From assembly GCA_031363095.1 (NCBI GenBank), contig JANLTX010000011.1, forward strand, positions 26,575 to 90,574: a DNA stretch of 64,000 bases, read 5' to 3'. The notes beneath the pieces were generated by a model. The model saw only the letters and a list, made by a program, of their open reading frames with translations. It did not search any database and had not been told where the DNA came from. The translations under genes were made by a program, and so were the position numbers. This document shows positions 8,158-17,432 of this stretch, in pieces. How positions within the stretch are numbered: position 1 is the first letter of the stretch; each line of letters opens with the position of its first letter. This DNA is from Armatimonadota bacterium (GTDB lineage: Bacteria > Armatimonadota > Armatimonadia > Armatimonadales > Armatimonadaceae).

Positions 8158-9509
8158 ACCTGATCCAGCGCCGGTCGCTCTCGCGCCGCACGATGCTTCA
8201 TGGCCTGGGCGTCGCACTCGGCCTGCCCGTCCTCGATGCGATGACGCCCGCTTTCGCCGAGCGCGGCCCGGCAGGAAAAGCCCCCGTACGCCTGGCGTTT
8301 GTGTACGTCCCCAACGGCATCATCATGCCCGCGTTCACCCCGAAGGCCGAGGGCTTGGACTACGAGCTGACCCGCGTTCTGAAGCCGCTCGAAGCCCTGC
8401 GAAAAGACTTCTTCGTGCTCTCGGGGCTTCGGGACCAGAACGGCGAGGCGGGGCCGGACGGTGCGGGCGACCACGCGCGGGCCGGGGCGTCGTACCTGAC
8501 CGGAGTTCGCCCGAAGAAGACCGCCGGTGCCGATATTCACGGCGGGATCTCTGCCGATCAGGTCGCGGCCCAGTTTTTAGGGCAGCGCACCCGGCTGGCG
8601 TCGCTGGAGCTGAGCTGCGACGACTCCCGCGTGGTGGGAAACTGCGACTCGGGCTACTCCTGCGCCTACTCCAACGCGATCTCCTGGCGCTCGCCATCCA
8701 CACCGATGCCGCCCGAGGTCAACCCGCGCCTGGTCTTCGAGCGATTGTTCGGTTCCATCGACCCGAGCCTGACGCCCGAGCAGCGCAAGCACCGATTGGT
8801 GAAGCGTCGAAGCATTCTCGATCTGGTCCACGCCGACACGAAGAAGCTGGCCCAGAGCCTCGGCGCGGCAGACCGGCGCAAGATCGACGAGTATCTCACG
8901 GCGGTTCGGGAGATCGAGAAGCGCATCGCGCTCGCCGAGTCTGAGGCGACGCCGACCTTGCCCCAGTTTGAGAAGCCCGCCGGGGTGCCCGTCGCGTTCG
9001 CCGACTACGCGAAGTTGATGTACGACCTGCAGGTTCTGGCGTTCCAGACCGACTCGACCCGAATCTCGACGCTCATGATGGGGCGCGAAGGCAGCAACCG
9101 GGTCTATCCGGAAGTGGGCGTCCCCGAGGCGCACCACTCGATCACGCATCACCGCAATCAGGCCGAGTGGATCGAGAAGGTCACCCGGATCAATGTCCAT
9201 CACGCCGAGCTGTTCGGGTATTTCCTGGCGAAACTGAAAGCCACTCCCGACGGCGACGGCTCGCTGCTGGATCACTCGATGGTGGTCTACGGGAGCGGCC
9301 TGAGCGACGGCAACCAGCACGAGCACTCCGACCTTCCCATTCTGGTCGCGGGCCGGGGCGACGGCAGCTTGAAACCGGGAAGCCACCTGCGCTTCGCGTC
9401 CGGGACGCCCCTGACGAACCTTTATTTGACGCTTCTGGACCGTGCGGGCGTCCGCCCCGAATCCATCGGCGACAGCACCGGCAAAGTCCAGCACCTCAGC
9501 GGCGTCTGA
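8154..9509 (+). CDS. DUF1552 domain protein (TAT signal), partner of DUF1592
   Basis: ATGA overlap with the upstream gene. N-terminus RRSLSRRTMLHGLGVALGLPVLDAM. Family-type motifs AFQTDSTRISTLM and HHSITHH. Confidence 0.85.
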   Translation: MNLIQRRSLSRRTMLHGLGVALGLPVLDAMTPAFAERGPAGKAPVRLAFVYVPNGIIMPAFTPKAEGLDYELTRVLKPLEALRKDFFVLSGLRDQNGEAGPDGAGDHARAGASYLTGVRPKKTAGADIHGGISADQVAAQFLGQRTRLASLELSCDDSRVVGNCDSGYSCAYSNAISWRSPSTPMPPEVNPRLVFERLFGSIDPSLTPEQRKHRLVKRRSILDLVHADTKKLAQSLGAADRRKIDEYLTAVREIEKRIALAESEATPTLPQFEKPAGVPVAFADYAKLMYDLQVLAFQTDSTRISTLMMGREGSNRVYPEVGVPEAHHSITHHRNQAEWIEKVTRINVHHAELFGYFLAKLKATPDGDGSLLDHSMVVYGSGLSDGNQHEHSDLPILVAGRGDGSLKPGSHLRFASGTPLTNLYLTLLDRAGVRPESIGDSTGKVQHLSGV

Positions 9510-9674
9510 GTGTCCCCCGGCCCCGTCTGATCCTCCTTCGTCGGGACGGGGAGCCAGATGGGGCCAACCCCTGCATGTCCCAATATGCTTACTCGCTATC
9601 CTAACCGAAGGGGAGCCTATTTGAGACGGCTGGACCTCTTCTCTGTCTGGCTTCGCCACTATCTCTACCGAATA

Positions 9675-9845
9675 GACGTTATGCCGATTTTGGCCGTGGA
9701 ATAAATTCCCGGCTGAGTAAGCGATTCGACCTGCGTCGAAACAGGACTGTTGATACTCATTGAGTATCGTTGAGCCTGTCCACGGAGGTGGACATTCTTA
9801 CCAAGCCGGGAATTTATTCCACGGAAATCAAATTGGCATGACGTC
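9675..9845. repeat. ~170-bp element with long-range inverted repeat (21-bp perfect AT-rich core) enclosing three small hairpins
   Basis: CCGTGGAATAAATTCCCGGCT (9694-9714) has its exact reverse complement at 9804-9824, and the arms extend imperfectly to 9675/9845. Internal stems are TTCGAC/GTCGAA, GATACTC/GAGTATC and GTCCAC/GTGGAC. Confidence 0.7.
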
Positions 9846-9891
9846 TAATAGGTGACTATCCGAGACAGATCGGTGCCCAGCCGACGGCTTT

Positions 9892-10545
9892 TCAGCGGCG
9901 TCTGAACCGGGCGGAGAGGATTCCGTAGCGCTCGGTGGGGTTGGCGTGGTCGAATAAAATTCCTCGGTGCAGGCTCTGATAAATATCTCCGAAGTTCTCG
10001 TCGCTCCAGACGGAGTACTCGAAGTGGCGCTCCTCGACGATCTGAAGCTCTGGTAGAAATTTCTTGACGATTTCCCAGGAAAACGCAGACGGTTCGAGCG
10101 TCGTTGGCTGACGGTGAATATCGGTAAGTAGCAAGAACTCTCCCTCCGGCGCGATCACACGGAGAATCTCGGGGATCACCCGGCTCAGGTCGTCCACGTG
10201 GTCCAGGGAGTTGAGCGAGCAGACGACCTCGAAGAAATTATCGGGAAAGGGAATCCGCTCGGCTCCACAGGCGACATACTCCATGGCGTGACGCTCCGTG
10301 CCCAGGTTTCGGTAGGCATCGGCGAGCGGGTCCAGCCCGACGCGCACCCCGGCCTCACTCGCCCACTCCAGGCTTCCGCGCGGGCCGCAGCCGATGTCCA
10401 GAATTTTTTTATTTTTATAAAACTCCCGTGCCAGACCAAAGTGCGCCGTGTAAAAATACTCGAAGTGATCGTTGCTCAAGACGCCCTGAAGTAAAACTCG
10501 GCTCTCCCAGAACGCCAGCTCAGCGGCCTCTTTCTCGGAGATCAC
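9892..10545 (-). CDS. Class I SAM-dependent methyltransferase
   Basis: Motif I ILDIGCGPRG and post-I/II pattern VVCSLNSLDHV. Confidence 0.8.
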   Translation of the reverse strand: MISEKEAAELAFWESRVLLQGVLSNDHFEYFYTAHFGLAREFYKNKKILDIGCGPRGSLEWASEAGVRVGLDPLADAYRNLGTERHAMEYVACGAERIPFPDNFFEVVCSLNSLDHVDDLSRVIPEILRVIAPEGEFLLLTDIHRQPTTLEPSAFSWEIVKKFLPELQIVEERHFEYSVWSDENFGDIYQSLHRGILFDHANPTERYGILSARFRRR

Positions 10546-11234
10546 GGGGTTTTCTCCCGGCGCAGGGCACTCTGAAGCCGCCCGAAGAGCGCCGTGAGCA
10601 GGCTGAGTTCGTGGCGGGTGAGATCGGTTCGTCGAAAGATATTTTTGAGTTTTCCCGGCACGGGTGCGGGCGAGCCAGGACGCACGAACCCGCTCTGCTC
10701 CATCACCGAGTCTAATAGAATATCAAAATTTATAAATTCTTGTTCTCTGGGCCAGTCTCCACTTTTAATTTCTAAATTTTGGTTTCGTGAAAGTTCATAG
10801 AGAACTAAAAGCACAGACTGAGCTAAGTTAAAACTCGGATACAGATCGCTTGATGGAATCCGCACGACAAATCGGCACTTCTCTAAATGCTCTTTTCGCA
10901 GATCATCGTCTTCGGGGCCAAAAACCAGTGCTGTTTTCTTATTAGAACGACTTTGCGCCCACTGAGGCAATGTCACGAACTGAGCCGGATTCTCGCCGGT
11001 GCGCAAAGCCACGCCGACGATCTCTTCGCAGTCTTCCACAGAATCCTCGAAGCGCTCGAAAATTCGGGCCGCGTCTAAAATTGTTTCCGCGTTGCGTGCC
11101 GTGACGCCCGCCTGCTCGCGGTCCCAGCCACGCGGGGCGACCAGCCGCAGCTCGGAGAAGCCCAGGTTCTGCATCGCGCGGGCGACGCTTCCGACGTTGC
11201 GGCTATCTTTCGGCTCGACGAGAACGACCTTCAT
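10542..11234 (-). CDS. SPOUT (TrmH/SpoU, TrmJ-like) RNA 2'-O-methyltransferase
   Basis: The internal start MKVVLVEPKDSRNVGSVARAM forms an ATGA overlap with the rhamnosidase stop. Motifs ALVFGPE and IPSSDLYPSFNLAQSV. The ORF-track extension to 11357 overlaps the upstream gene and is rejected. Confidence 0.8.
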   Translation of the reverse strand: MKVVLVEPKDSRNVGSVARAMQNLGFSELRLVAPRGWDREQAGVTARNAETILDAARIFERFEDSVEDCEEIVGVALRTGENPAQFVTLPQWAQSRSNKKTALVFGPEDDDLRKEHLEKCRFVVRIPSSDLYPSFNLAQSVLLVLYELSRNQNLEIKSGDWPREQEFINFDILLDSVMEQSGFVRPGSPAPVPGKLKNIFRRTDLTRHELSLLTALFGRLQSALRREKTP

Positions 11235-13768
11235 ATTCGGAGCTTGTGGACGCCGCTCTCCAGCGCCTGCGGCTTGCGGCCCGCAAGAGAGAGCGTGGCG
11301 ATGCAGCCGGGCGGAAGCTGAATCTCCAGCGCGATTTTTGCCCCGACACGCTTCCACGAGAGACGTATCGGGCCGCGCACCGAGTTATACGTCGCCCGCG
11401 CCCAGCTCAGACCGGCGGGAAACTGCGGGCGCAGCGCGACTCTATCGAAGCCCATAGCGTCTTTCTCTGGCTGGATTCCGGCCAGATGTGCGAAGAAAAA
11501 AGCCGAGATCGAGCCGAACATCGGGTGGTTGTGCGAGTAGGTGTTGTCGGAGAACTCCCAGTGCTCCCAGAGCGTGGTTGCGCCGCCCGCCAGCATCGCG
11601 CCCCAGCTCGGGACCGTTTTCTTCGTCGCCAGCGCGTAGGCGATGTCCGCCCGGCCTTCGCGGCAGAGCACGTCCAGCAAAAACTTCGTCCCGTAGATCC
11701 CGGTCGTCAGGTGCCCGCCGTGCTTTTCGAGGTCGGCCAGAAGTCGGGCGAGGGTTTTTGCCCGCTCTGCCTCGCTCAGGGGCGCGTACTCCAGCGCATA
11801 CGTCAGGCAGGTCTGGGTCTGGGGCGGCTCGGGTGCGCTTTTCTCCACGCGCGTCGCCCGCGCACGAAGCCTTCGGGCATCGGCGCTCTTGCCCAAACTC
11901 TCGGCGAGGCGTGCGCCGAGGCGCAGGCACTCGGCGTAGAGCCAGGTCAGGGTCGGCTCGGGCGGACTCTGCACCCGCGCTTCGTGGTCCGTGAGTCCGT
12001 CACGGACGGGGCCGTCGCCGTATTTTTTCTGTAGAAACTCCAGATGCGCAAGGCACGCTCCGTAGTTTTCTTCCGTTACGCGCTGGTCGCCGTGCCAGCG
12101 CCGCAGCTCGTCTAAAAGCAGCGGGTGCGCCAGGGGCCAGCCGACTCCGCAATAGTTCAGCCCGATGGACGGCGCGGTGTCGGGGAGTGCGCCGCCGGGC
12201 AGTGCGGCATCGGCGTAGTCGCGTGCGATCTTGGCGTAGAGCGTCGCCATGTCGAAGTTGTACAGAAACGCATCGCGAGTGGCCACGATGTCGCCGCCGT
12301 AGCCGAACTTCTCCCGGTGCGGGCAGTCCGACTGCACCGAGAACAAGTTGGAAAGAAACGTCCGGCGCGTCGCTTCCTGAATCTGATTGAGCAGCGGCTC
12401 CGAGCACTCGAACTCCCCGGCGCTCTCCACACTCGACGCAAGCCGCTCGGCCCAGACCTCGGGCTTTTTCTCGCACCCACTTATTTCGGCGTAACGAAAG
12501 CCCCGGAAAACGAACTTCGTCGAAACCGGGCTATTCTCGGCGTTCAAGAACGTATCTTCTTGAACCGCCGGGATACTTGGGCGGGCGCTTGTGGCGGTGG
12601 CTCCCTGGTCTTCTTTCTTGCCACCCTTGATCTGTCCGCAGACGCCCGTGAGCGGGTTGAGCGTGCCGTCCTTGTGAAGAAGCTCGCCGTAGCGCACCGT
12701 GATTTTTGCGCCCGATACACTCTCAAAGCCGATGCGCCCTGCGAAGTTGACCCCGAAGTCGGCCAGCCAGACGCCCGCTCGAAGCTCGGTGAGGGAAACG
12801 GGTTTCAGGCGCTCGATAGCTTTTATCGGCGGCTGCGACTCACACTGCAAAACGCCAACCGGCTCGGTCGCCAGCACTGCCCGGCGCGGCTCCGCGTTTT
12901 GCGCCGAAAAGTCCCAGACCTCACCTAAATAATTGTTCTGGAAGCGTAGCGCACTTTCTAAAGCAAGCCAGCTTTCGTCCGTAACAAAGGTTTGTTTCTT
13001 GCCGTCGCTTAAAATAACGTCGAGCTTTGCGATCAGCCGGGGGCGGCCCGTCGGCAGGCTTTCTGTCAGGATGACGCCACCGCCGAACATTTTTAGCGGT
13101 AGCGGACTCCACCAGCCTGCTGCGACCAGCGCCGTGAGCTGGTTCTCGCCCCGTTTCAAGAGCTTTGTAACATCGAGCGTCCGGTAATAAACGCGCCTGG
13201 AAAAATTCGTCCAGCCGGGTTCGAGCTGAGCGTCGCTGACGCTTGCTCCGTTGAGCCGGGCTTCAAAGTAGCCCAGGCCCGTGATGTAGAGCCGGGCGGA
13301 CTTCACCCCGCGCGGCAGGACGAAGTTTTTGGAGAACAGCGGCGCAGGATCGTCGGCGTAGGGGTCTTTCGGGGCGGGTCGCGACGAATCAGAGATCCAG
13401 CGGGCATCGTCCCAGTCGCGCTCCGAAAGCAGCCCGATCTCAAAAAACGCGGGGCGGCTCCAGGCGCTTACCAGGCCGCGCCCGTCCCAGGCTCGCACTT
13501 TCCAGAAGGCTCTCTGGCCGCTCTGAAGCTTCCGTCCCGCGTAGAGAATCCCGAGGCTCTCCGCACTCAGAACGCGCCCCGAGTCCCAGAGATCGCTGGA
13601 ATCGGGCGTCGTGCCCACCAGAACCTGATAGGCGCTCTGGCGTGCCCCGCTCTCGCGAGATCGAAGCTCCCAGGAAAGCCGGGGCGATTTTGCGTCTATT
13701 CCGAGCGGGTTTTCCCGATACTCGCAACGCAACCGAACGACGGAGATACTCATGCCAGGATTGTACAC
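11231..13768 (-). CDS. Alpha-L-rhamnosidase (GH78)
   Basis: The N-terminal pattern LRCEYRENPLGIDAKSPRLSWEL...RQSAYQVLV...LWDSGRV is characteristic of bacterial GH78. The size (845 aa) fits. The start may be MSISVV at 13753. Confidence 0.85.
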   Translation of the reverse strand: MYNPGMSISVVRLRCEYRENPLGIDAKSPRLSWELRSRESGARQSAYQVLVGTTPDSSDLWDSGRVLSAESLGILYAGRKLQSGQRAFWKVRAWDGRGLVSAWSRPAFFEIGLLSERDWDDARWISDSSRPAPKDPYADDPAPLFSKNFVLPRGVKSARLYITGLGYFEARLNGASVSDAQLEPGWTNFSRRVYYRTLDVTKLLKRGENQLTALVAAGWWSPLPLKMFGGGVILTESLPTGRPRLIAKLDVILSDGKKQTFVTDESWLALESALRFQNNYLGEVWDFSAQNAEPRRAVLATEPVGVLQCESQPPIKAIERLKPVSLTELRAGVWLADFGVNFAGRIGFESVSGAKITVRYGELLHKDGTLNPLTGVCGQIKGGKKEDQGATATSARPSIPAVQEDTFLNAENSPVSTKFVFRGFRYAEISGCEKKPEVWAERLASSVESAGEFECSEPLLNQIQEATRRTFLSNLFSVQSDCPHREKFGYGGDIVATRDAFLYNFDMATLYAKIARDYADAALPGGALPDTAPSIGLNYCGVGWPLAHPLLLDELRRWHGDQRVTEENYGACLAHLEFLQKKYGDGPVRDGLTDHEARVQSPPEPTLTWLYAECLRLGARLAESLGKSADARRLRARATRVEKSAPEPPQTQTCLTYALEYAPLSEAERAKTLARLLADLEKHGGHLTTGIYGTKFLLDVLCREGRADIAYALATKKTVPSWGAMLAGGATTLWEHWEFSDNTYSHNHPMFGSISAFFFAHLAGIQPEKDAMGFDRVALRPQFPAGLSWARATYNSVRGPIRLSWKRVGAKIALEIQLPPGCIATLSLAGRKPQALESGVHKLRI

Positions 13769-13824
13769 GACACCTTTCCGGGTATCTTCTATGCCAGGGA
13801 GTTTTTGGGTAAGAAAGAGAAATC

Positions 13825-14337
13825 ATGCGCGACGCTTATTTGAACGTTCTGGAGCTGGGTTACTACGAGGTGGGGTTTGCCTTCGAGGGACTGGCGGACG
13901 AAAACGTCTGGAAGCGCCCGGCACCAGGGCTTCTCTCCGTGGGCGAGCTGGCGGGGCATATCGCCTATGGGGAGGCCACACACCTTGCGGGAGAGTGCGG
14001 CAAGGAGGGCTACCCCGACCTGACGAAGTGCCGGGTGAGCGGCCTGCTCATCGATCACAGATTCGCCTATCTGCCAAGGACTCTGGATGCCCTGCCCTCG
14101 GAGGAGCACCGGGCGCTGTCCGGGGCGCAGGTTCTCGCCGAGCTACTTCGGGTCCATGCCGAGTCCGTCGCGGACTTCACAGCGCGCGACCTCGATCTGG
14201 ACCTGCCCCTGCCGGGCTGGCCGCCCGAGTGGACCGGCAAGAACGTCTTGCAGTACATGGCCTTTCATGTGGCCTATCACACCGGGCAGATGTTCACCGC
14301 GCGACATCTCCTGGGCGAGCCGACCCCGGACAACTGA
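13825..14337 (+). CDS. DinB-family (four-helix bundle) protein
   Basis: ELAGHIAYGEA and AFHVAYHTGQMF His-containing motifs, ~170 aa. Confidence 0.7.
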   Translation: MRDAYLNVLELGYYEVGFAFEGLADENVWKRPAPGLLSVGELAGHIAYGEATHLAGECGKEGYPDLTKCRVSGLLIDHRFAYLPRTLDALPSEEHRALSGAQVLAELLRVHAESVADFTARDLDLDLPLPGWPPEWTGKNVLQYMAFHVAYHTGQMFTARHLLGEPTPDN

Positions 14338-14339
14338 CC

Positions 14340-15173
14340 TCAGGCACGGGGGTGGGCGGCGCGGTAGGCGGCGCGGAGCCGGTCGGTGGAGACGTGGGTG
14401 TAGACCTGAGTCGTGGTGACTTTGGCGTGGCCGAGCAATTCTTGAATGGCCCGGATATCGGCCCCGCCCGAGAGAAGATGGGTCGCAAAGCTGTGCCGAA
14501 GCCAGTGCGGCGACGGCATCTGGCTGAGTCCAGCGCGGGCGGCGTTCTGTTTCACCAGGTTCCAGGCCGTCTGGCGGGTGATTCCAAAGACCAGCTCGTC
14601 GGGGCGGCGCTTTGTTCGCCCCAGGAAAACCTTGAGCGCCTCGCGAGCGGGCATGCCGAGCGGGACCAGTCGCTCACGTCCGCCCTTGCCCACGACCTTT
14701 ACCCGGCCTCGCGAGAGGTCCAGTGCCCCGACCGTAATCGTCGCCGCCTCAGAAACCCGCAGCCCCGATGCGTACAAAAGCTCCAAAAACGCCGCATCGC
14801 GCTTTCCGGCTTCGGTAGAAACATCGGGCGAGGCCAGCAGCCGGGCAACTTCTTCTGCCGAGAGAGTTCGAGGCAGCTTTCGCGTAGCTCGGGCTACGCC
14901 CTCGACCCTGGCAACCGGGTTTTCAGCCAGCTTCCCCTCGCGCACCAGCCACTTTGCGTAGGTAGACAGACACGCTTTCTTCCGGGCCAGCGACGAGCTT
15001 GCCAGCCCATCGGTTCGGAGTCGCGCCAGAAACGTCTCGACTCCCTCGGGCGTGAGTTCTAACTTCTGGGCAGCCCACTGCGCCAAATCTCGTCGATAGG
15101 CCATGACCGTGTTCTCCGAAAGGCCGCGCTCGGCAGAGAGAAAAACAAAGAACCCATCGTCGATCTCTGTCAT
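14340..15173 (-). CDS. Tyrosine site-specific recombinase (XerC/XerD-like)
   Basis: RHSFATHLL and LGHAKVTTTQVYTHV (catalytic Tyr). The N-terminal SAM-like domain is FLSAERGLSENTVMAYRRDL. The preferred start is MTEIDDG (15173). Confidence 0.85.
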   Translation of the reverse strand: MTEIDDGFFVFLSAERGLSENTVMAYRRDLAQWAAQKLELTPEGVETFLARLRTDGLASSSLARKKACLSTYAKWLVREGKLAENPVARVEGVARATRKLPRTLSAEEVARLLASPDVSTEAGKRDAAFLELLYASGLRVSEAATITVGALDLSRGRVKVVGKGGRERLVPLGMPAREALKVFLGRTKRRPDELVFGITRQTAWNLVKQNAARAGLSQMPSPHWLRHSFATHLLSGGADIRAIQELLGHAKVTTTQVYTHVSTDRLRAAYRAAHPRA

Positions 15174-15217
15174 AGAATAACCTGCAAACGGTATACTGGA
15201 GACAAGGAGAAAAGTCC

Positions 15218-15436
15218 ATGCCTCTAACACTCGACGAGCGACTCACGCACCTGGAAGAGGAGCTGGAACTGTTCAAGAAACGGCTTCCCGAGGTATCTAC
15301 AGAACCGGAAAACTGGCTGAATCAGATTTTCGGCAGTTTCAAAGACGACCCGATCTATGAAGAAGCGATGCGCCTCGGGCGAGACTTTCGTGACGCACAG
15401 CGCCCTGACGATACCCTGACCAATGTATCTTCTTGA
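15218..15436 (+). CDS. Putative antitoxin of the VapC-like toxin
   Basis: 72-aa ORF that overlaps the PIN gene start by 14 nt. No recognisable DNA-binding motif. The call rests on position only. Confidence 0.5.
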   Translation: MPLTLDERLTHLEEELELFKKRLPEVSTEPENWLNQIFGSFKDDPIYEEAMRLGRDFRDAQRPDDTLTNVSS

Positions 15437-15854
15437 CACAGATCATCTCAGCTTTCTGGATCGCGGTGGCAAGGAAGGCCAACAAATCCGTCAGCGTATT
15501 CTTATCGTTGGCGTGGAAAAAATTGCTGTCAGCGCCGTGAGCTATGAAGAACAGCTTCGTGGTTGGCTCGCCTACATGGGAGCCTCCAGCTCCATTGATG
15601 CCCAGGTTGTTGCCTACGAGCGACTCTTGAAGCACTTGAAAAACTACTGCGCCCTCACCGTCCTGCCTTTCGATAGCGCCGTCGCCGATGTCTTCCAGAA
15701 TCACTGGCTCCAGCGCCCACGGATCGGAACGATGGACTTGAAGATTGCGGCGACGGCTATCGCCACGAACCGAACGCTGCTCACCGCAAACTCTAAGGAT
15801 TTTTCCCGAGTCCCCGATCTGAACTTTGAAGACTGGACCCAATCCAAAACCTGA
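15423..15854 (+). CDS. vapC: PIN-domain ribonuclease toxin (VapC family)
   Basis: MYLLDTDHLSF (first acidic residue), SAVSYEE, DLKIAATAIA, LLTANSKDF. Confidence 0.85.
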   Translation: MYLLDTDHLSFLDRGGKEGQQIRQRILIVGVEKIAVSAVSYEEQLRGWLAYMGASSSIDAQVVAYERLLKHLKNYCALTVLPFDSAVADVFQNHWLQRPRIGTMDLKIAATAIATNRTLLTANSKDFSRVPDLNFEDWTQSKT

Positions 15855-15856
15855 CA

Positions 15857-17395
15857 TCATAGCAAGGAGCGTCTTGCCTCGCTCAGGCGGGTGTGGGCGA
15901 GGAGCAGAGAGTCGTGCTGAGTGTACAGCGCCTCCAGCTCGGCTTCCACGGCGGGCATGGAGAGCTTTTCGTTGTAGGCGGCTTCGGCAGCGGCCACTTG
16001 CTCGGTCAGCCAGGCAAGCAGCGGCTCGCGCTCGGCCTGACGTAGAAACTTGGGAAGTAGCTCCCGGTGCCGGGAGAGCTTTCCCGCCGTGTCGATCTTT
16101 GAGTTGAAAAGACGCGGCGGGGAGATCAGAAACGGGATTTTAGCGTCGTCCAGCCAGCGCTGTAGAAACGCCTCGCGGGAGACATCCAGAATCAGTTCGC
16201 GCCGCTCCCACTTTAGCGCCTGCTCGATCCGGGTCATCCGCGCCCGAACGATCTCTTGCTCGGCGGCAACGGTTTTCAGGGCATGTGTGAGTAAACTGCG
16301 CCACTCACCAGGGTCCAGTTTTCGGGACTTCCGGGCAGACTCCAGAGAGCGAAGCAGCTCGGCCCAGCGCGGGTCGAGCTTGAGATGCCGTGAGGCGATC
16401 TGATTGCGCCACCAGGGGAGAACTTCATCGGCGGCTCGCTCCCAGGACTCGACATCGGTCTCACGGGATCTTGCCAGGCGAGCCAGCGCCGTGAGCGAGA
16501 GCGAGGCTGCGGCGGGGGCGGGCAGCAGGACCGTTTCGGGTCCGTCCGTGAGAGATTTTTCCAGCGTCGTCAGAGCGGCCTGAAGCTCGGTGCCTTCGAT
16601 GGCATGCAGAGCGGCAAAAAGTGAAGAGCAGCCTGGACTCTCTAAATCGGATTTCGAGAACAAAAGCCGGTCCGGGTCACCGAAGCGATCCCAGAGCGTG
16701 GGATCACAGGAAAGGGCCAGGAGCGCCGTGCAAATCACCAGGCACGAGAACCGATCCAGCCCGACGCCAAAGTGCTTTTCAGACCGCGCCGGGTGCTGAT
16801 AGTTGGGATGTCCACGCTCGGGAGCGTCGGTTCCAGCAAGCTCCGGGACGAACATTCCATCGTAATCGACGAAGACCACTTTTTCGCCGGTTTCGTCCAG
16901 CAGCAGGTTGTCGTGCTGCCAGTCACCGTGGGCGATTCCCAGTCGCTCCAGCTCGGCGCGAACCGTCTCCAGCCGGGTTGCCAGTGCCCGCAGCCGGTCC
17001 GGTTTGCTGTGATTCTTCTCGACCCAGTGCCCCAGAGTCACGCCACGCGCCCAGCCCATCGCGACCAGTGGCTCCCACACGCCTCCAACACGGACGCCGC
17101 GCTCGTGAAACTGAAACGCGACGAACCGCTCCGGAAGTTTCTCCAGATGGGAGTCGATCAGGGCGTAGCGCAGGGCACGGGGAAGCTGGCCGGGGCGCTC
17201 GGATGTCGTGAAGCAGCGAAGCGCCCACTCCTGCCCGGTGCGATCTGTCAGCCGAAAAACCACAGCAAAGCGACCGGTGTAGGTCACTGGCAACCTGAGT
17301 CGGTCCAGCCGAATCGTTCCTGCCGACAGCCGACGATCTCCCAGCACGGTCTGCGGGTTTTGAATCGCCTCACGGTAGGCAACGGCATCGGGCAC
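15857..17395 (-). CDS. Atypical protein-kinase-like protein with long C-terminal coiled-coil region
   Basis: Catalytic-loop-like IAHGDWQHDNLLL and DFG-like VFVDYDG. The N-terminus is YREAIQNP...GRFAVVFRL. The beta3 position reads ALRCF (Arg where Lys is expected). Confidence 0.7.
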   Translation of the reverse strand: MPDAVAYREAIQNPQTVLGDRRLSAGTIRLDRLRLPVTYTGRFAVVFRLTDRTGQEWALRCFTTSERPGQLPRALRYALIDSHLEKLPERFVAFQFHERGVRVGGVWEPLVAMGWARGVTLGHWVEKNHSKPDRLRALATRLETVRAELERLGIAHGDWQHDNLLLDETGEKVVFVDYDGMFVPELAGTDAPERGHPNYQHPARSEKHFGVGLDRFSCLVICTALLALSCDPTLWDRFGDPDRLLFSKSDLESPGCSSLFAALHAIEGTELQAALTTLEKSLTDGPETVLLPAPAAASLSLTALARLARSRETDVESWERAADEVLPWWRNQIASRHLKLDPRWAELLRSLESARKSRKLDPGEWRSLLTHALKTVAAEQEIVRARMTRIEQALKWERRELILDVSREAFLQRWLDDAKIPFLISPPRLFNSKIDTAGKLSRHRELLPKFLRQAEREPLLAWLTEQVAAAEAAYNEKLSMPAVEAELEALYTQHDSLLLAHTRLSEARRSLL

Positions 17396-17432
17396 GGAGG
17401 TTTTGACACGCCCAGCGTCGAAAAGTCGCAGT

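Noticed and set aside
9510-9560. Hairpin CCCCGTC...GACGGGG just after the DUF1552 stop, as a possible terminator.
   Set aside because: It has only a 7-bp stem with a long loop and no U-tract, which is insufficient support.
13752-15062. 436-aa plus-strand ORF spanning the DinB gene region and the antisense strand of the recombinase.
   Set aside because: It is Arg/Gly/Pro-rich with no motifs. It conflicts with two genes that have clear family signatures.
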